This document shows positions 10,101 to 19,299 of a stretch of DNA of 64,000 nt, piece by piece. The notes beneath the pieces are model-generated. The model searched no databases. It worked only from the letters and a program-made list of their open reading frames with translations, and was not told where the DNA came from. The stretch is taken from IMG/VR virus record IMGVR_UViG_3300024346_000009; one strand, given 5' to 3'. Origin of the DNA: a virus. The translations under genes and the position numbers were made by a program. Each line of letters begins with the position of its first letter. Positions within the stretch are counted from its first letter, which is position 1.

Positions 10101-13100
10101 AAGAACATCAAATAATTATGCTATTACAGGAAATATTGCTACATTAAATTACTCAAGTAATATATTTGTTGAATGTAACGTTGCTTCTAGAGTAGAAAAT
10201 ATTAATCCTTTCAGTGTCGTTAGCTACACAGGCTCAATTGTCTTAGATCCCCCATCAGATGTGTGGTTTGATACAACAAGAGTACCTGAAGTACATATTG
10301 ATAAAGAGGGCAATTATAGCACATTACTTTCATCTGCTCAATCTTCTGGTCAATATGGTACCGTATGGGGATCATGGTTAACAAATTTTTATGGTGGATC
10401 GTATGTTGATGAAAGACAGGGGACTACATTTGATGTAAAGCAGTCCATTGATACTGTTACAAACAATGATGTACAGATCAGCCAGACAGTAATACCAAAG
10501 ATGCGAAATGTAAGCATTAATTTTACTGGTACCGGAATGAAGCCTAATACTAAGGTACAAGTTTATTTTGAAAATTATAAAGTAACAGACTTTACAACAG
10601 GTACAACTGTAACCGGTAACGTTGCTGCTCAGGCTAATTCCTTCCTAGCAGGATACATTACTAACAAAGGTAATATCTTTACTGATGCTGCTGGTGTTGT
10701 AAACGGGACATTTGCTTATGATGCATCCCGCTTTAACTTCTCTACTGGTGAAAAAATCTTTAGACTTACAGACTCACCTACAAATGGAAATGATAGTGAG
10801 ACGGCAGCTGAAGCAAAATTCAGTACATCTGGTCAACTGAAGACATTACAAAATCAGATTATTTCAACAAGAAATGGGTATACAACTGCTGAAGCAGTTT
10901 TTGATCGCCGTGCATCATCTTATGTTGAACCACCTGTAGCTGGTGGTGGTGGTGGTGGTAGTGGCGGAGGTGAAGAGGATGGTGGGGGTGATGACAATAC
11001 AGAAGAAGAACAAGCAGCAACACCAACCCCAGGTCTTACGTATGCCGATATTATATACGGAGGAGCACTTGGTAAGATGCCTGATGAAAAAGGTACTGCT
11101 GCCTTTGTAAAGCAGGGTAATTTCTCAACCATTTCTACCTCGTTAGCTGCACTTAGCGGTGCTGGTAAAACAATTTTAGCAAGTTTCATACAAGCAGATG
11201 GTAGGGGTATTGATGGTAAAAATATTATCGCGACTTGGGATGCAGTCTCTGCAACTATGACCCCAGACGATAAGACTGCAACGCTTGCTGCTTACAACGC
11301 TATCAAAACTGTTTGTGAAACAACAGTCGCTAATAAGGAAAATACATCTAAAGGATTAATTGCTGACTGGACCAATGTTGGTAGTACAACCGCACAAGCT
11401 ATATCTTATACTGCTGCTCAACTTACGGTAGCATTGTTAGCTGACTCTGCAATTCCTGCAAAAACAGGTACAGGGGAAGCCTGGGGCCCAGTAGGGTCAG
11501 GAGATAGTATTGCCGAGATAGTTGCAGCAGTAAATGCAAACCCCGATCGTGCTACTGCAAAAATAGCTGTAACTTCTCCTGCAGGCCAAACTACTGCAAG
11601 GGATTGTTGGGCAAAGGATCCGCTGGCTCAAACATTCATTGTGTCTGGTAATCCTACGATTATGACAGGTGTTGACTTATTCTTTTATGCAAAAGATACC
11701 AGTGCACCAATGTATGTTGAATTGCGTACAGTTGTTAACGGATCACCATCTCAAGTAGTCGTTCCATTCTCAAGAAGAGTCGTTACACCAGCTGAAATTA
11801 CCACTACTGAAGACGGTACTGTTGCAACCTATCTAGCTTTTGATGGCTTAGTTTATCTTGAGCCAGGCGAGTATGCGATAGTCCTTCTAACCAGTTCTAT
11901 CAATTATAGAGTTTGGATTTCACAGGTAGGTGAGACAGATATTAATACTGGTAGAGTAATTAACGATCAACCGTTTGTGGGTGTCTTATTTAAATCACAA
12001 AACGCATCATCGTGGGAAGCTAATCAGAGTCAAGATCTTAAATTTAGACTATACAACGCTCAATTTACAAGTAATACTCCTGCTACTATTGACTTTGAAA
12101 TTGATGCGGATGAATATCAGAATGCAGTCCTTGATATTGACCCATTAGAATTTTACCCAACCAGTAGTGTTTTAAAAGTATACCACCCTAGCAATGGTTT
12201 TGTTAATGGGTCAACAGTTAAGATTCGTAATATAAAGGGAGATGGTTCCAAAATAGCGGTTGTAAACAGCGGTAATATTCGCGGTATTAACGTTGCCACA
12301 ATTGATAATGTTGCGTTTACAGTGTCAAATGTTAAACCTAACTCCTATACTATTATTATGCCAGCGGCCTCTACTAATACTACAATCGTAAGAGATGGGG
12401 GTACAGGGGTGGTCGCTCAACAGGACTTCCTATTTGATGCTATATACCCTGCAATATCAGCTCTTGAATTTGCAAGTACCTCTTCAGTTCTCAGTATCAA
12501 GGGTGTTGATAAGGGGTACACACCTCAAACATCATTTACTCAACTTAGCGGTGCTGGTACTACAGAGTTACTTACTACAGCCTCTATCCCCAGTGCTGTG
12601 AATGTAACTAATAATCTATCTGGTGCAAGACCACTTACATTGAGACTGACCTTGAATAACACTTCAGGTAGTCTATCTCCAATAGTTGATATGGAACAAT
12701 TATCGGCAGTGTTTATTAAAAATCAAGTTAATAATCCTTCTTATTCTTCTGAAAATCTTACAGCAGATATTGTTACCGTTGCCAACAGTGCTGCAATATT
12801 TTTTACAAACGCCTCAACCACAACCGGTTATATCAGCATAGTATCAACAGCGGATAAAGCAAATGTTTCTGGCATTGTAAAGGGAACTACAATAACAGTG
12901 TCCAATACAACTGCTAATAGCGGGGTGTTTAGAGTATTAGATGTAGTAGATGCAGGCGCAAATATTTTAGTTGCAGGTACTATTACAACAGCATCCGCTG
13001 GTAACGTAATTAGTATTACAAACGGCCGTAGTTTTATTGCTGAAGAAGCTGCTACTGGTGGCACTGCTCTTGCCAAATACATAACCAAACAGGTTGATTT

Positions 13101-13401
13101 GGTTAATCCATCCACCTCGATTAACTTCAGATTAGATGTTGCAAAACCTGCTAATGCTTACGTAAAAGTTTATTACAAGACAAAGCTTACTGGTGAATCC
13201 ATTAATCTTAATACCAAAGAATACACTGAATTAACAGGTCTGGATATACCAGATTCTTTAAGTGGTGAATATACCGAAATTACAGGACAAGTTGATAGCT
13301 TGATTCCATTCTCCTCAGCCGTATTTAAAATTGTATTACTATCTGATGACTCAGCGGATATTCCAAAGTGTAAGAACCTCAGAGTGATTATGTTAGCATG
13401 A
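7123..13401 (+). CDS. Large virion structural protein (DUF4815/VrlC-like)
   Basis: PYYDDF...F.RILFKPG.AVQARELTQLQTILQNQI, LARRT.DESG.Y, RRYTMKDIG.LE.RI..LEYYT.LSLLE, DPLAQTF, LFKSQNA.SW. Confidence 0.82.
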   Translation: MAINFNTSPYYDDFAESDNFHRILFKPGAAVQARELTQLQTILQNQIARFGQNIFKEGSVVIPGQQMFDKFYSYVKLTDTYNTTNSDEMIVDLVGAIVTGQTTGVTARVVNYAVATTTDPSTIYVKYTGSGTDKETAVFANGEVLSFTYGTNSTTTLQAAASSATGKGVSFAVAAGVIFIKGAFVYFADETIIISKYSDSPSQSVGFLITEDIITSDESDALLDPAVGSYNYFAPGSDRYHIGLSLQARTFPEASTADSNYVELSRIEDGVTIYQKLVSEYNVLGDTLARRTFDESGNYVVKQYNLENIEHLRTTTTGVRDGLYSANGGGNSSLIASVISPGKAYVLGYELENIKTKYVASTKARDFVEVNNSTVSTLIGNYITLSNPYSIPDLATLDTVDLYNRYTTTSGSTSGTKVGTARIRAIEYISGTNYTAYLFDINMLTGYSFTKDVKHVYYNNAGFVDFTSNISPTLATITGTVSTTNASNIITGIGTKFNTDLRANDYVTINGNVSIISYVVSDTTVYAGANLVGNIAGISASKHTAVITNTSLENDPTYLFEFPFSTIKTVDPTNVETSFHTKRIYDRTLSVGNVSITAGTDEVFAPYAATSYTVVNKTDGSYIDLTGKITRSGSPTGKIASFALGGGLGSNDVRIIATVAKTNSAADKKTKTIVLSSTVDFTSNITATATVLSLGQADIYAVSNIKMSSNAFGTAYLETNAIDITSRYTIDNGQRASHYAVGKAVLKPGQPTPIGPVRITFDYFTHSSGDYFSVNSYSDIDYKDIPTFTSGAKTYQLRDCLDFRPRMDTNGTTFTSPSEFLDQSVDVLTDYSYYLPRTDKIVLNSAGEISSIRGVSSLTPQEPATPQNSIALFILAQKPYVFDVKNDINVTVVDNRRYTMKDIGRLENRIKTLEYYTTLSLLETDTSLYQVKDTLGFDRFKNGFVVDNFTGHKVGNALDTDYKISMDFTNGVLRPQFEQRNFRLKEISTTTGQRTSNNYAITGNIATLNYSSNIFVECNVASRVENINPFSVVSYTGSIVLDPPSDVWFDTTRVPEVHIDKEGNYSTLLSSAQSSGQYGTVWGSWLTNFYGGSYVDERQGTTFDVKQSIDTVTNNDVQISQTVIPKMRNVSINFTGTGMKPNTKVQVYFENYKVTDFTTGTTVTGNVAAQANSFLAGYITNKGNIFTDAAGVVNGTFAYDASRFNFSTGEKIFRLTDSPTNGNDSETAAEAKFSTSGQLKTLQNQIISTRNGYTTAEAVFDRRASSYVEPPVAGGGGGGSGGGEEDGGGDDNTEEEQAATPTPGLTYADIIYGGALGKMPDEKGTAAFVKQGNFSTISTSLAALSGAGKTILASFIQADGRGIDGKNIIATWDAVSATMTPDDKTATLAAYNAIKTVCETTVANKENTSKGLIADWTNVGSTTAQAISYTAAQLTVALLADSAIPAKTGTGEAWGPVGSGDSIAEIVAAVNANPDRATAKIAVTSPAGQTTARDCWAKDPLAQTFIVSGNPTIMTGVDLFFYAKDTSAPMYVELRTVVNGSPSQVVVPFSRRVVTPAEITTTEDGTVATYLAFDGLVYLEPGEYAIVLLTSSINYRVWISQVGETDINTGRVINDQPFVGVLFKSQNASSWEANQSQDLKFRLYNAQFTSNTPATIDFEIDADEYQNAVLDIDPLEFYPTSSVLKVYHPSNGFVNGSTVKIRNIKGDGSKIAVVNSGNIRGINVATIDNVAFTVSNVKPNSYTIIMPAASTNTTIVRDGGTGVVAQQDFLFDAIYPAISALEFASTSSVLSIKGVDKGYTPQTSFTQLSGAGTTELLTTASIPSAVNVTNNLSGARPLTLRLTLNNTSGSLSPIVDMEQLSAVFIKNQVNNPSYSSENLTADIVTVANSAAIFFTNASTTTGYISIVSTADKANVSGIVKGTTITVSNTTANSGVFRVLDVVDAGANILVAGTITTASAGNVISITNGRSFIAEEAATGGTALAKYITKQVDLVNPSTSINFRLDVAKPANAYVKVYYKTKLTGESINLNTKEYTELTGLDIPDSLSGEYTEITGQVDSLIPFSSAVFKIVLLSDDSADIPKCKNLRVIMLA

Positions 13402-13634
13402 AGTTAAAGGTTGAAGGCCACCCTGGGTTGGTGAGAGATTCTCACAGCAAGGCTATAATTATGCAAGATTCTGATAGTTTTAAAGCATATCAGGCTGAAA
13501 AACATTTTAGAGAGAATATGTCTCAGGTTAATACCACAACACGAGAAGAGATAAATAATTTAAGAGAAGAGATGCATGAAATAAAAGAACTTCTTGGTTT
13601 ACTATTTCATAAAATCGATCAAAAAAAGGTTTAA
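13398..13634 (+). CDS. Small conserved protein with coiled-coil tail
   Basis: KVEGHPGLVRD..S.AII motif; overlaps upstream stop (ATGA). Confidence 0.6.
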   Translation: MKLKVEGHPGLVRDSHSKAIIMQDSDSFKAYQAEKHFRENMSQVNTTTREEINNLREEMHEIKELLGLLFHKIDQKKV

Positions 13635-13640
13635 AAACAA

Positions 13641-14057
13641 ATGGCAGCTACATTAACACTTAGAGTCCCAACAGGGGTACCTCTTACCAATCACGAGGTT
13701 GATAATAACTTTACTGCCCTTAATACGTTTGGTAATACTATTAATAGTAACGTAGGGGTGATCTCCAACCTCACAACCACAGCCAATGGTAACATTGTTG
13801 TTGCAATTAACTCTATTAAAAGTGGTAATTTAAGCCAGTTTGGAACAACCACATCTGCACAACTTATTTCGATTATTACTGATGAAACTGGTACAGGTAA
13901 TATTGTATTCAGTAATAGCCCAGTTCTGGTAACTCCTAATATCGGTACACCTAGTTATTTGGTATTAACTAATGCCACAGGGCTTCCTGTCGCCTCGGTG
14001 GTGGGTGGAGCATCAACAGGTAAGGCTATTGCGATGGCAATGGTATTCGGTGGATAA
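13641..14057 (+). CDS. Short fibre/anchor protein
   Basis: PLTNHEVDNNF baseplate-anchor motif, DETGTG fibre module, C-terminal GKAIAMAMVFGG. Confidence 0.6.
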   Translation: MAATLTLRVPTGVPLTNHEVDNNFTALNTFGNTINSNVGVISNLTTTANGNIVVAINSIKSGNLSQFGTTTSAQLISIITDETGTGNIVFSNSPVLVTPNIGTPSYLVLTNATGLPVASVVGGASTGKAIAMAMVFGG

Positions 14058-14088
14058 ATATACAACTAATGTCATCAAGGAAAATTAA

Positions 14089-14460
14089 ATGACCGCTCCC
14101 AATATCGTTAACGTAGCAAATATTACTGCCAAGCACCAGCTTAGCTCCCTCACCACCACTGCTGCTACAAGTATCATAAGTAATGCCTCCGGCTCCAGTA
14201 AGGTATTAAAAGTTAATAACCTGGTTATTGCAAATAATTCAGCATCTACTGCTACCGTAACAGTATCAGTTAATGATGTTGCAGCAGGTGGCGGTAATGC
14301 ATTCCATCTAATATATCAAGTAGGTATTGCACCGAACACCTCACTTGCTGTTATAGATAAATCGGTTGCAATCTATCTTGAAGAAGATAAAAGTTTAGTT
14401 GCAACCGCTGGTACTGCAAGTGTACTAAAAATTAATGCTTCGTACGAAGAATTGAGTTAA
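14089..14460 (+). CDS. Small beta-rich virion protein (fibre connector)
   Basis: APNIVNV start, IYLEE.KS, SYEELS end; SD AAGGA. Confidence 0.55.
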   Translation: MTAPNIVNVANITAKHQLSSLTTTAATSIISNASGSSKVLKVNNLVIANNSASTATVTVSVNDVAAGGGNAFHLIYQVGIAPNTSLAVIDKSVAIYLEEDKSLVATAGTASVLKINASYEELS

Positions 14461-14464
14461 TATC

Positions 14465-14845
14465 ATGGCAAGAGTCATTGGTAACAGTACCCTTCCCCAC
14501 TTAAGGGAGCAAGTGCAGGCGGTAGCTGCAAGCACCGCCACTACAAGTATTAATCTCAGTACAGGTGGAAATCCGAGTATATTTAAAGTAACCCTTTCGT
14601 CAAATACAACTATTACCTTTACTAACCCACCGGTACTTACATCATCCACCGACTCCTTCTCCTGGACAATGATGGTTGTAAATGATGCAACCGCTGGTAG
14701 GACACTTGCGTTTGGTAACACAATAAAGTGGGCAGGTGGTATTGTACCTTCTAGAACCACAACTGGCAATGCTATAGATATATGGACTTTTTTCTACGAA
14801 AATTCTGTATATTACGGTTCACTATCAATTATAAATGCTAATTAA
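14465..14845 (+). CDS. Fibre distal/adaptor domain protein
   Basis: TITFTNPP...GRT..F..IKWAGG..P..T.....DIWTF pattern of fibre C-terminal domains. Confidence 0.55.
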   Translation: MARVIGNSTLPHLREQVQAVAASTATTSINLSTGGNPSIFKVTLSSNTTITFTNPPVLTSSTDSFSWTMMVVNDATAGRTLAFGNTIKWAGGIVPSRTTTGNAIDIWTFFYENSVYYGSLSIINAN

Positions 14846-14858
14846 ATAGGTTTTTATA

Positions 14859-16136
14859 ATGAAATTATCTCGCGGGCTTGGAAAAGAAAAAACTAATGTT
14901 GGGGTAAAAACCAGCACCACGTTTAACGCGCCTGGAAATTACGTTGCCCCTTACGGTAAGACGGTTGTAAGGGTTGGTGGTCGTGGGGCGTCAGGGGCAA
15001 ATCCTACGTACGCAAGTACCAATCCAGTTGTACCTGGTAATACTAATACATATTCGTATGGAGGTGGTACTCCCTTAGGTAGTAATCCAGTTGTACCTGG
15101 TAATACTAATACATATTCGTATGGAGGTGGTACTCCCTTAGGTAGTAATCCAGTTGTATATGGTAATGAAAATACTTATGGATATAGTGGTGGTACTCCC
15201 TTAGGTAGTAATCCAATTGTACCTGGTACTCAAAATACTTATGGATATGGGGGTGGTACTCCCTTAGGTAGTAATCCAATTGTATATGGTAATGAAAATA
15301 CTTATGCAGTAGGTGGCGGCAATTACTCAACAATGAACGTTGGTTCTTATACTCCTAGTTATGATAATTATAATCCAGTTGTACCAGGTACAGTAGTTGG
15401 TACACGGTACATATGGTTTGGGTATAATCCACGTAACGGACCACCGGCCGCGTTCGAAGATAATTATATATCCTATGACGAGTTTCCAGGAATATCCTCC
15501 TCAGGCTATCCCCCAACAAACTCTACTGGCGCAAACGGTACTACACATACAGAATATGATCAGTACTTTAATCCCAGCTCAGGCGGTAATTACGCAACTA
15601 CTAATGCCGACGTATATACCCCCGGCAACTATGTTTATAATCCTATAACTGGTGGTAACCCTACGGGTGTTTATAATCCAAATTCCGGTGGTAATGCTAC
15701 TTTTAATCCTATAACCGGTGGGAATCCAACAGGTAATTATAATCCAAATTCCGGTGGCAATCCTACTTATAATCCTATAACAGGTGGTAACCCTACGGGT
15801 GTTTATAATCCAAATTCCGGTGGCAATCCTACTTATAATCCTATAACTGGTGGTAATTACGCAAATACTAATCCAAATTCCGGTGGCAATCCTACTTATA
15901 ATCCTATAACCGGTGGTAATTACGCAAGTACTAATCCAGCTACCGGTGGTAATGATAATTACACCGTTGGTGCTGCTGGCGGTAGCAGCAATATACAAGG
16001 GGTAACATTTCCAGGAGGCGCCAGTGCTGCTCTTGCACCGGTGGTTGCCCAAACTACAACCAACGTCTCGTATACTGAGGCGGGGATATCCATTACGGTA
16101 CCAACTGGTGGCTATGTGACAATAGATAATATATAA
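14859..16136 (+). CDS. Asn-Pro-Gly repeat protein, putative adhesin/stalk
   Basis: Two in-frame repeat arrays flanking a unique core; ends resemble the shell of Gly-rich adhesin domains. Confidence 0.6.
   Translation: MKLSRGLGKEKTNVGVKTSTTFNAPGNYVAPYGKTVVRVGGRGASGANPTYASTNPVVPGNTNTYSYGGGTPLGSNPVVPGNTNTYSYGGGTPLGSNPVVYGNENTYGYSGGTPLGSNPIVPGTQNTYGYGGGTPLGSNPIVYGNENTYAVGGGNYSTMNVGSYTPSYDNYNPVVPGTVVGTRYIWFGYNPRNGPPAAFEDNYISYDEFPGISSSGYPPTNSTGANGTTHTEYDQYFNPSSGGNYATTNADVYTPGNYVYNPITGGNPTGVYNPNSGGNATFNPITGGNPTGNYNPNSGGNPTYNPITGGNPTGVYNPNSGGNPTYNPITGGNYANTNPNSGGNPTYNPITGGNYASTNPATGGNDNYTVGAAGGSSNIQGVTFPGGASAALAPVVAQTTTNVSYTEAGISITVPTGGYVTIDNI
15021..15335 (+). repeat. 63-bp coding tandem repeat, 5 units (NPVVPGNTNTYSYGGGTPLGS)
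   Basis: Units start at 15021, 15084, 15147, 15210, 15273; first two identical in DNA. Confidence 0.92.
15639..15962 (+). repeat. 66/63-bp coding tandem repeat, 5 units (NPITGGNPTGVYNPNSGGNPTY)
   Basis: Three 22-aa plus two 21-aa units visible in DNA and protein. Confidence 0.92.
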
Positions 16137-16234
16137 TCAACTAACGTTAGTATAGGCTAACAGTTAACCATTTTTAAAGTGAATCTTGTCATATGTATTA
16201 TGATGGGTTCCTGTGATGTAATTTATAACTAAAG

Positions 16235-16858
16235 GTGATAATTATGAGAAATATTGACCTGTATGTCCCACCGTACGAGCCATTTTGTATTTTTAACGAA
16301 TGCTTTGCCCCAGAAGACTGTGATAGAATTATTGAGCACGGTGAGCTTGCAGAATTTAGTCGAGGTGCTATTGGAGGCTCACGCGAGAGCCCAGAGGGTG
16401 AAACTAATGACGAGGTTCGTATTACTGACATAGTATGGTTACAGCCAGATGAGGATAAGAAGTGGATTTTTGAGCGGATGAATGAGGTTGCAACCAGAGT
16501 TAATTACGACAAATTTCAAGTAAAGCTGGCAAGATTTGATGGGTTTCAATATTCAAAGTATGACGTAGACGGACATTACGATTGGCATACAGATATACTT
16601 AATCAGCAAAAATGGGGTGGTCCGGCAGGCTGGCTTCAGCGTAAGTTAACCTTCAGTGTATTCCTAAATGATCCTGCGGACTATAAGGGTGGTGAGCTTT
16701 TACTTAACTTAGGTAGTCAAACAAAACCACTCTCTTTTAAACCAAAAAAAGGTGATGTAGTTGTCTTTCACTCCTATATTCCTCATAAAGTAAAACCTGT
16801 TACCGCCGGGGTTAGAAATAATCTTGTGACGTGGGGTATGGGGAGTAAGTGGGTATGA
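16235..16858 (+). CDS. 2OG-Fe(II) oxygenase (prolyl-hydroxylase/PKHD-like); true start may be ATG 16244
   Basis: HYDWHTD (HxD), RKLT, GGEL, H.VKPVT.G.R..LV.W. Confidence 0.9.
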   Translation: MIIMRNIDLYVPPYEPFCIFNECFAPEDCDRIIEHGELAEFSRGAIGGSRESPEGETNDEVRITDIVWLQPDEDKKWIFERMNEVATRVNYDKFQVKLARFDGFQYSKYDVDGHYDWHTDILNQQKWGGPAGWLQRKLTFSVFLNDPADYKGGELLLNLGSQTKPLSFKPKKGDVVVFHSYIPHKVKPVTAGVRNNLVTWGMGSKWV

Positions 16859-17586
16859 ACTTAAGGCTTTTCTTTAAATCAGAACTTATAGAATTCTACT
16901 GTGAACCTAAATACTTCGGTGTTATTCCCGAACCAGTTCCTGCATACAAGATGATGCCCGATTGGTTTAAAAAGATTCCACCAACAATAGATACACATAG
17001 AGATACTTTTGGTGCTAAGGTAATGACAGCCAAAAAATGTTTGCCTCTTGTAGACGCAATGTCTGTTGGTTTTATTATTCCAACTTTTGGTGATGTAAGT
17101 ATAAGAACAAACAAGACAGGTGCATTAATTGATGCCCCTGTAAATTCCTCTACACGAGATCCTGTGGCACAATTCCATGATATAGCCCAGCTTGGAGGAA
17201 AGACATCTCCAACATATCCAGGCCCGGCAGTTAAATTTATTAATAAATGGGTTATAAAGACAGCACCAGGTTACTCTACCTTATTCATTCCCCCCTTAAA
17301 TCATATCGAACCAAGATTTACCTGTTTGTCTGGGCTGGTAGATACCGATAGGTATCCCAAGGAAGTTAACTTTCCTGCTATTTGGCATTTAAAAGATTAT
17401 GATGATGTAGTACTAGCTGGTACCCCACTGGTAACTTGTATCCCAATTAAGAGGGCGGATGCAGAGCGTAAGGCCTCAGTCCGGGTAATGAGTGAAAAAG
17501 AAGCATCAGAGATAGAGAAAATACATAAAAGTCAAATGAACCGTCGTAGTTACTATAGTAAAGAATTAAGGGAACCAAGATCGTGA
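16849..17586 (+). CDS. DUF6065-like / trimeric dUTPase-fold-like protein, paralogue 1
   Basis: P.WFK, KKC.P..DAM..G.IIP, KF.N.W.IKT.PGYS.LF, G.VDTD, GTPL...IP.KR. Confidence 0.55.
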   Translation: MGMNLRLFFKSELIEFYCEPKYFGVIPEPVPAYKMMPDWFKKIPPTIDTHRDTFGAKVMTAKKCLPLVDAMSVGFIIPTFGDVSIRTNKTGALIDAPVNSSTRDPVAQFHDIAQLGGKTSPTYPGPAVKFINKWVIKTAPGYSTLFIPPLNHIEPRFTCLSGLVDTDRYPKEVNFPAIWHLKDYDDVVLAGTPLVTCIPIKRADAERKASVRVMSEKEASEIEKIHKSQMNRRSYYSKELREPRS

Positions 17587-18335
17587 GTATATTTACTAAC
17601 CTTTATAATAAGTTATTTAAAGAAGAAGTTCCAACGTTTAAATTTAAATCCCACATAGGGGATTACTCTATTGCGACCCCAGTAGTAGCAGCTGCAAAAA
17701 TAAAAGCAGATTGGATGAATAGACAGCCGGCTAATAAAAAGTTTACTGCGTGTCCAGGGATGCAGGACTACTCAAGTGCTGGTTATATTATTACTGCCCA
17801 TTGCGATTATGAAATAAAGGCTAATGGAAGCGGGGTTGTGGTTAAGGTTGGTCATGGTGTCGGACCCAAGGATACTGCAGAACGGTTTCAAGCTCAAAAC
17901 TTTGAACATGCACTGGTGGAGGGTTGGGCAAAAATAGAAAAAGTAAAGAAAGCATCATTAAAAATACCCCAGCCATGGTTCATAGAAGCAAAGCCTGGAT
18001 ATTCAGCATACGTTCTACCGGCGTTAATGCATTCCGATTTTTTAGATAAGATTTTTATATACCCTGGAGTAGTTGACTTTGATAAATATCATACAATCAA
18101 CCTTGTATTTTCAGTAATTAAAGAATGTGAGTTTGTTATACCAGTTGGTACCCCAATCTTACATATATTACCTTTTAAGCGCGAGGAAATGACAGCAGTT
18201 TGTGGAAAAGCAACAGCACATGAGGCAGACAAAGCGGTTCATAATTTTGCCTCTAGGCTTAATCATTATTACACGAGATACTTACATAGCAAGAAGTCAT
18301 ATAAGATGACATGTCCATACGAACATAGAGAGTAA
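17583..18335 (+). CDS. DUF6065-like / dUTPase-fold-like protein, paralogue 2
   Basis: CPGMQDY...GYII, PW.IEA.PGYS, PGVVDFD, GTPILHILPFKR; alignable by eye to the upstream paralogue. Confidence 0.55.
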   Translation: MSIFTNLYNKLFKEEVPTFKFKSHIGDYSIATPVVAAAKIKADWMNRQPANKKFTACPGMQDYSSAGYIITAHCDYEIKANGSGVVVKVGHGVGPKDTAERFQAQNFEHALVEGWAKIEKVKKASLKIPQPWFIEAKPGYSAYVLPALMHSDFLDKIFIYPGVVDFDKYHTINLVFSVIKECEFVIPVGTPILHILPFKREEMTAVCGKATAHEADKAVHNFASRLNHYYTRYLHSKKSYKMTCPYEHRE

Positions 18336-18338
18336 AAA

Positions 18339-18788
18339 ATGGCAAATACTAAATGGTATTATTTGTGCAACCTACAAGACAAGGTTGCCCTTGAGTACAC
18401 CCTAATTCCTGCAGTATGGGGTAACATCACTGGACTCTCAGATGCGTCTGATGTGACACTGGCCGATCTTGCATGGAGTAATAATCCGGACCGAGGATTT
18501 CTTACTCCTGAAGCTACTTCAAGTGCAGGTATCACCGTTAGCGGTTCAGTAACAGCCTTAGCCACAGAGGTAGCAAAAGAGTTAATTCGTAAGAGAAGAA
18601 ATACACTTCTAGCTAAAACCGATGCTGATGTTACCATTGATAGATGGAACAGTTATTCAGATGAAAAGAAGACAACAATAGCTACCTACAGACAAGCATT
18701 GAGAGACATGACGTCAACACCGGATGTATTTTATCCGGTATATCCTGCAATTCCCGCAGAGCTGGCATACTTAGTTAGTGTTACTTAA
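18339..18788 (+). CDS. Tail fibre assembly chaperone/adaptor
   Basis: IRKRRNTLLAKTD...YRQALRD...YPAIP motif. Confidence 0.75.
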   Translation: MANTKWYYLCNLQDKVALEYTLIPAVWGNITGLSDASDVTLADLAWSNNPDRGFLTPEATSSAGITVSGSVTALATEVAKELIRKRRNTLLAKTDADVTIDRWNSYSDEKKTTIATYRQALRDMTSTPDVFYPVYPAIPAELAYLVSVT

Positions 18789-18811
18789 CCCGTAGACTCA
18801 ATAACTTACTG

Positions 18812-18819
18812 TATAAATA
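18812..18819 (+). promoter_or_regulatory. T4-type late promoter
   Basis: Intergenic TATAAATA. Confidence 0.75.
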
Positions 18820-18866
18820 ATACATAGCTTAAGCCGAGTTATACTTCAACAACAAAGGAAACGAAG

Positions 18867-19298
18867 ATGGCAATTAAAGTAGGCGGAACAACCGTCGTAG
18901 ACGATTCAAGAAACCTGGTATCCGCCACAATGGGTACTGGTACCACAGTTGATGGCACTGATGCTGTTGGCTTTAGAAACCTTCCTGTAAACAGTCAAAG
19001 TGCAGCATACACAACGGTGCTAGCAGACTCAGGAAAAATTATCTTCCACCCCGCTTCAGATGCTAACGCAAGAACATTCACTATTCCTGCAAATGGTACG
19101 GTAGCATACCCCATTGGTACTGCTATTGCCTTTATTAACATGACATCCCAAGTAGTTACAATTGCAATTACAACCGATACAATGTACCTAAGTTCTGCTG
19201 GTACCACCGGTTCACGCAGTCTTGCACAATACGGCTCTGCTACAGCAATTAAAATGACAGCAACAACTTGGTTAATTTCAGGTAGCGGGCTGACGTAA
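18867..19298 (+). CDS. Short fibre tip/adaptor protein
   Basis: MAIKVGGTTVVDDSRN start; TIPAN..VAYPIGT, LAQYG.AT..K....W..SG C-terminal domain. Confidence 0.6.
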   Translation: MAIKVGGTTVVDDSRNLVSATMGTGTTVDGTDAVGFRNLPVNSQSAAYTTVLADSGKIIFHPASDANARTFTIPANGTVAYPIGTAIAFINMTSQVVTIAITTDTMYLSSAGTTGSRSLAQYGSATAIKMTATTWLISGSGLT

Positions 19299-19299
19299 T

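Noticed and set aside
15021-15962. Regular 63-66 bp repeats resembling a CRISPR array
   Set aside because: No unique spacers; units are multiples of 3 within an open frame; no cas genes
16137-16234. Possible sigma70 promoter before the oxygenase (TTTAAA-17-TATTAT)
   Set aside because: Weak match in AT-rich DNA; could be chance
18820-18866. CTTC...GAAG pairing around the RBS of ORF 18867
   Set aside because: Only 4 bp with a long loop; unsupported without homologues
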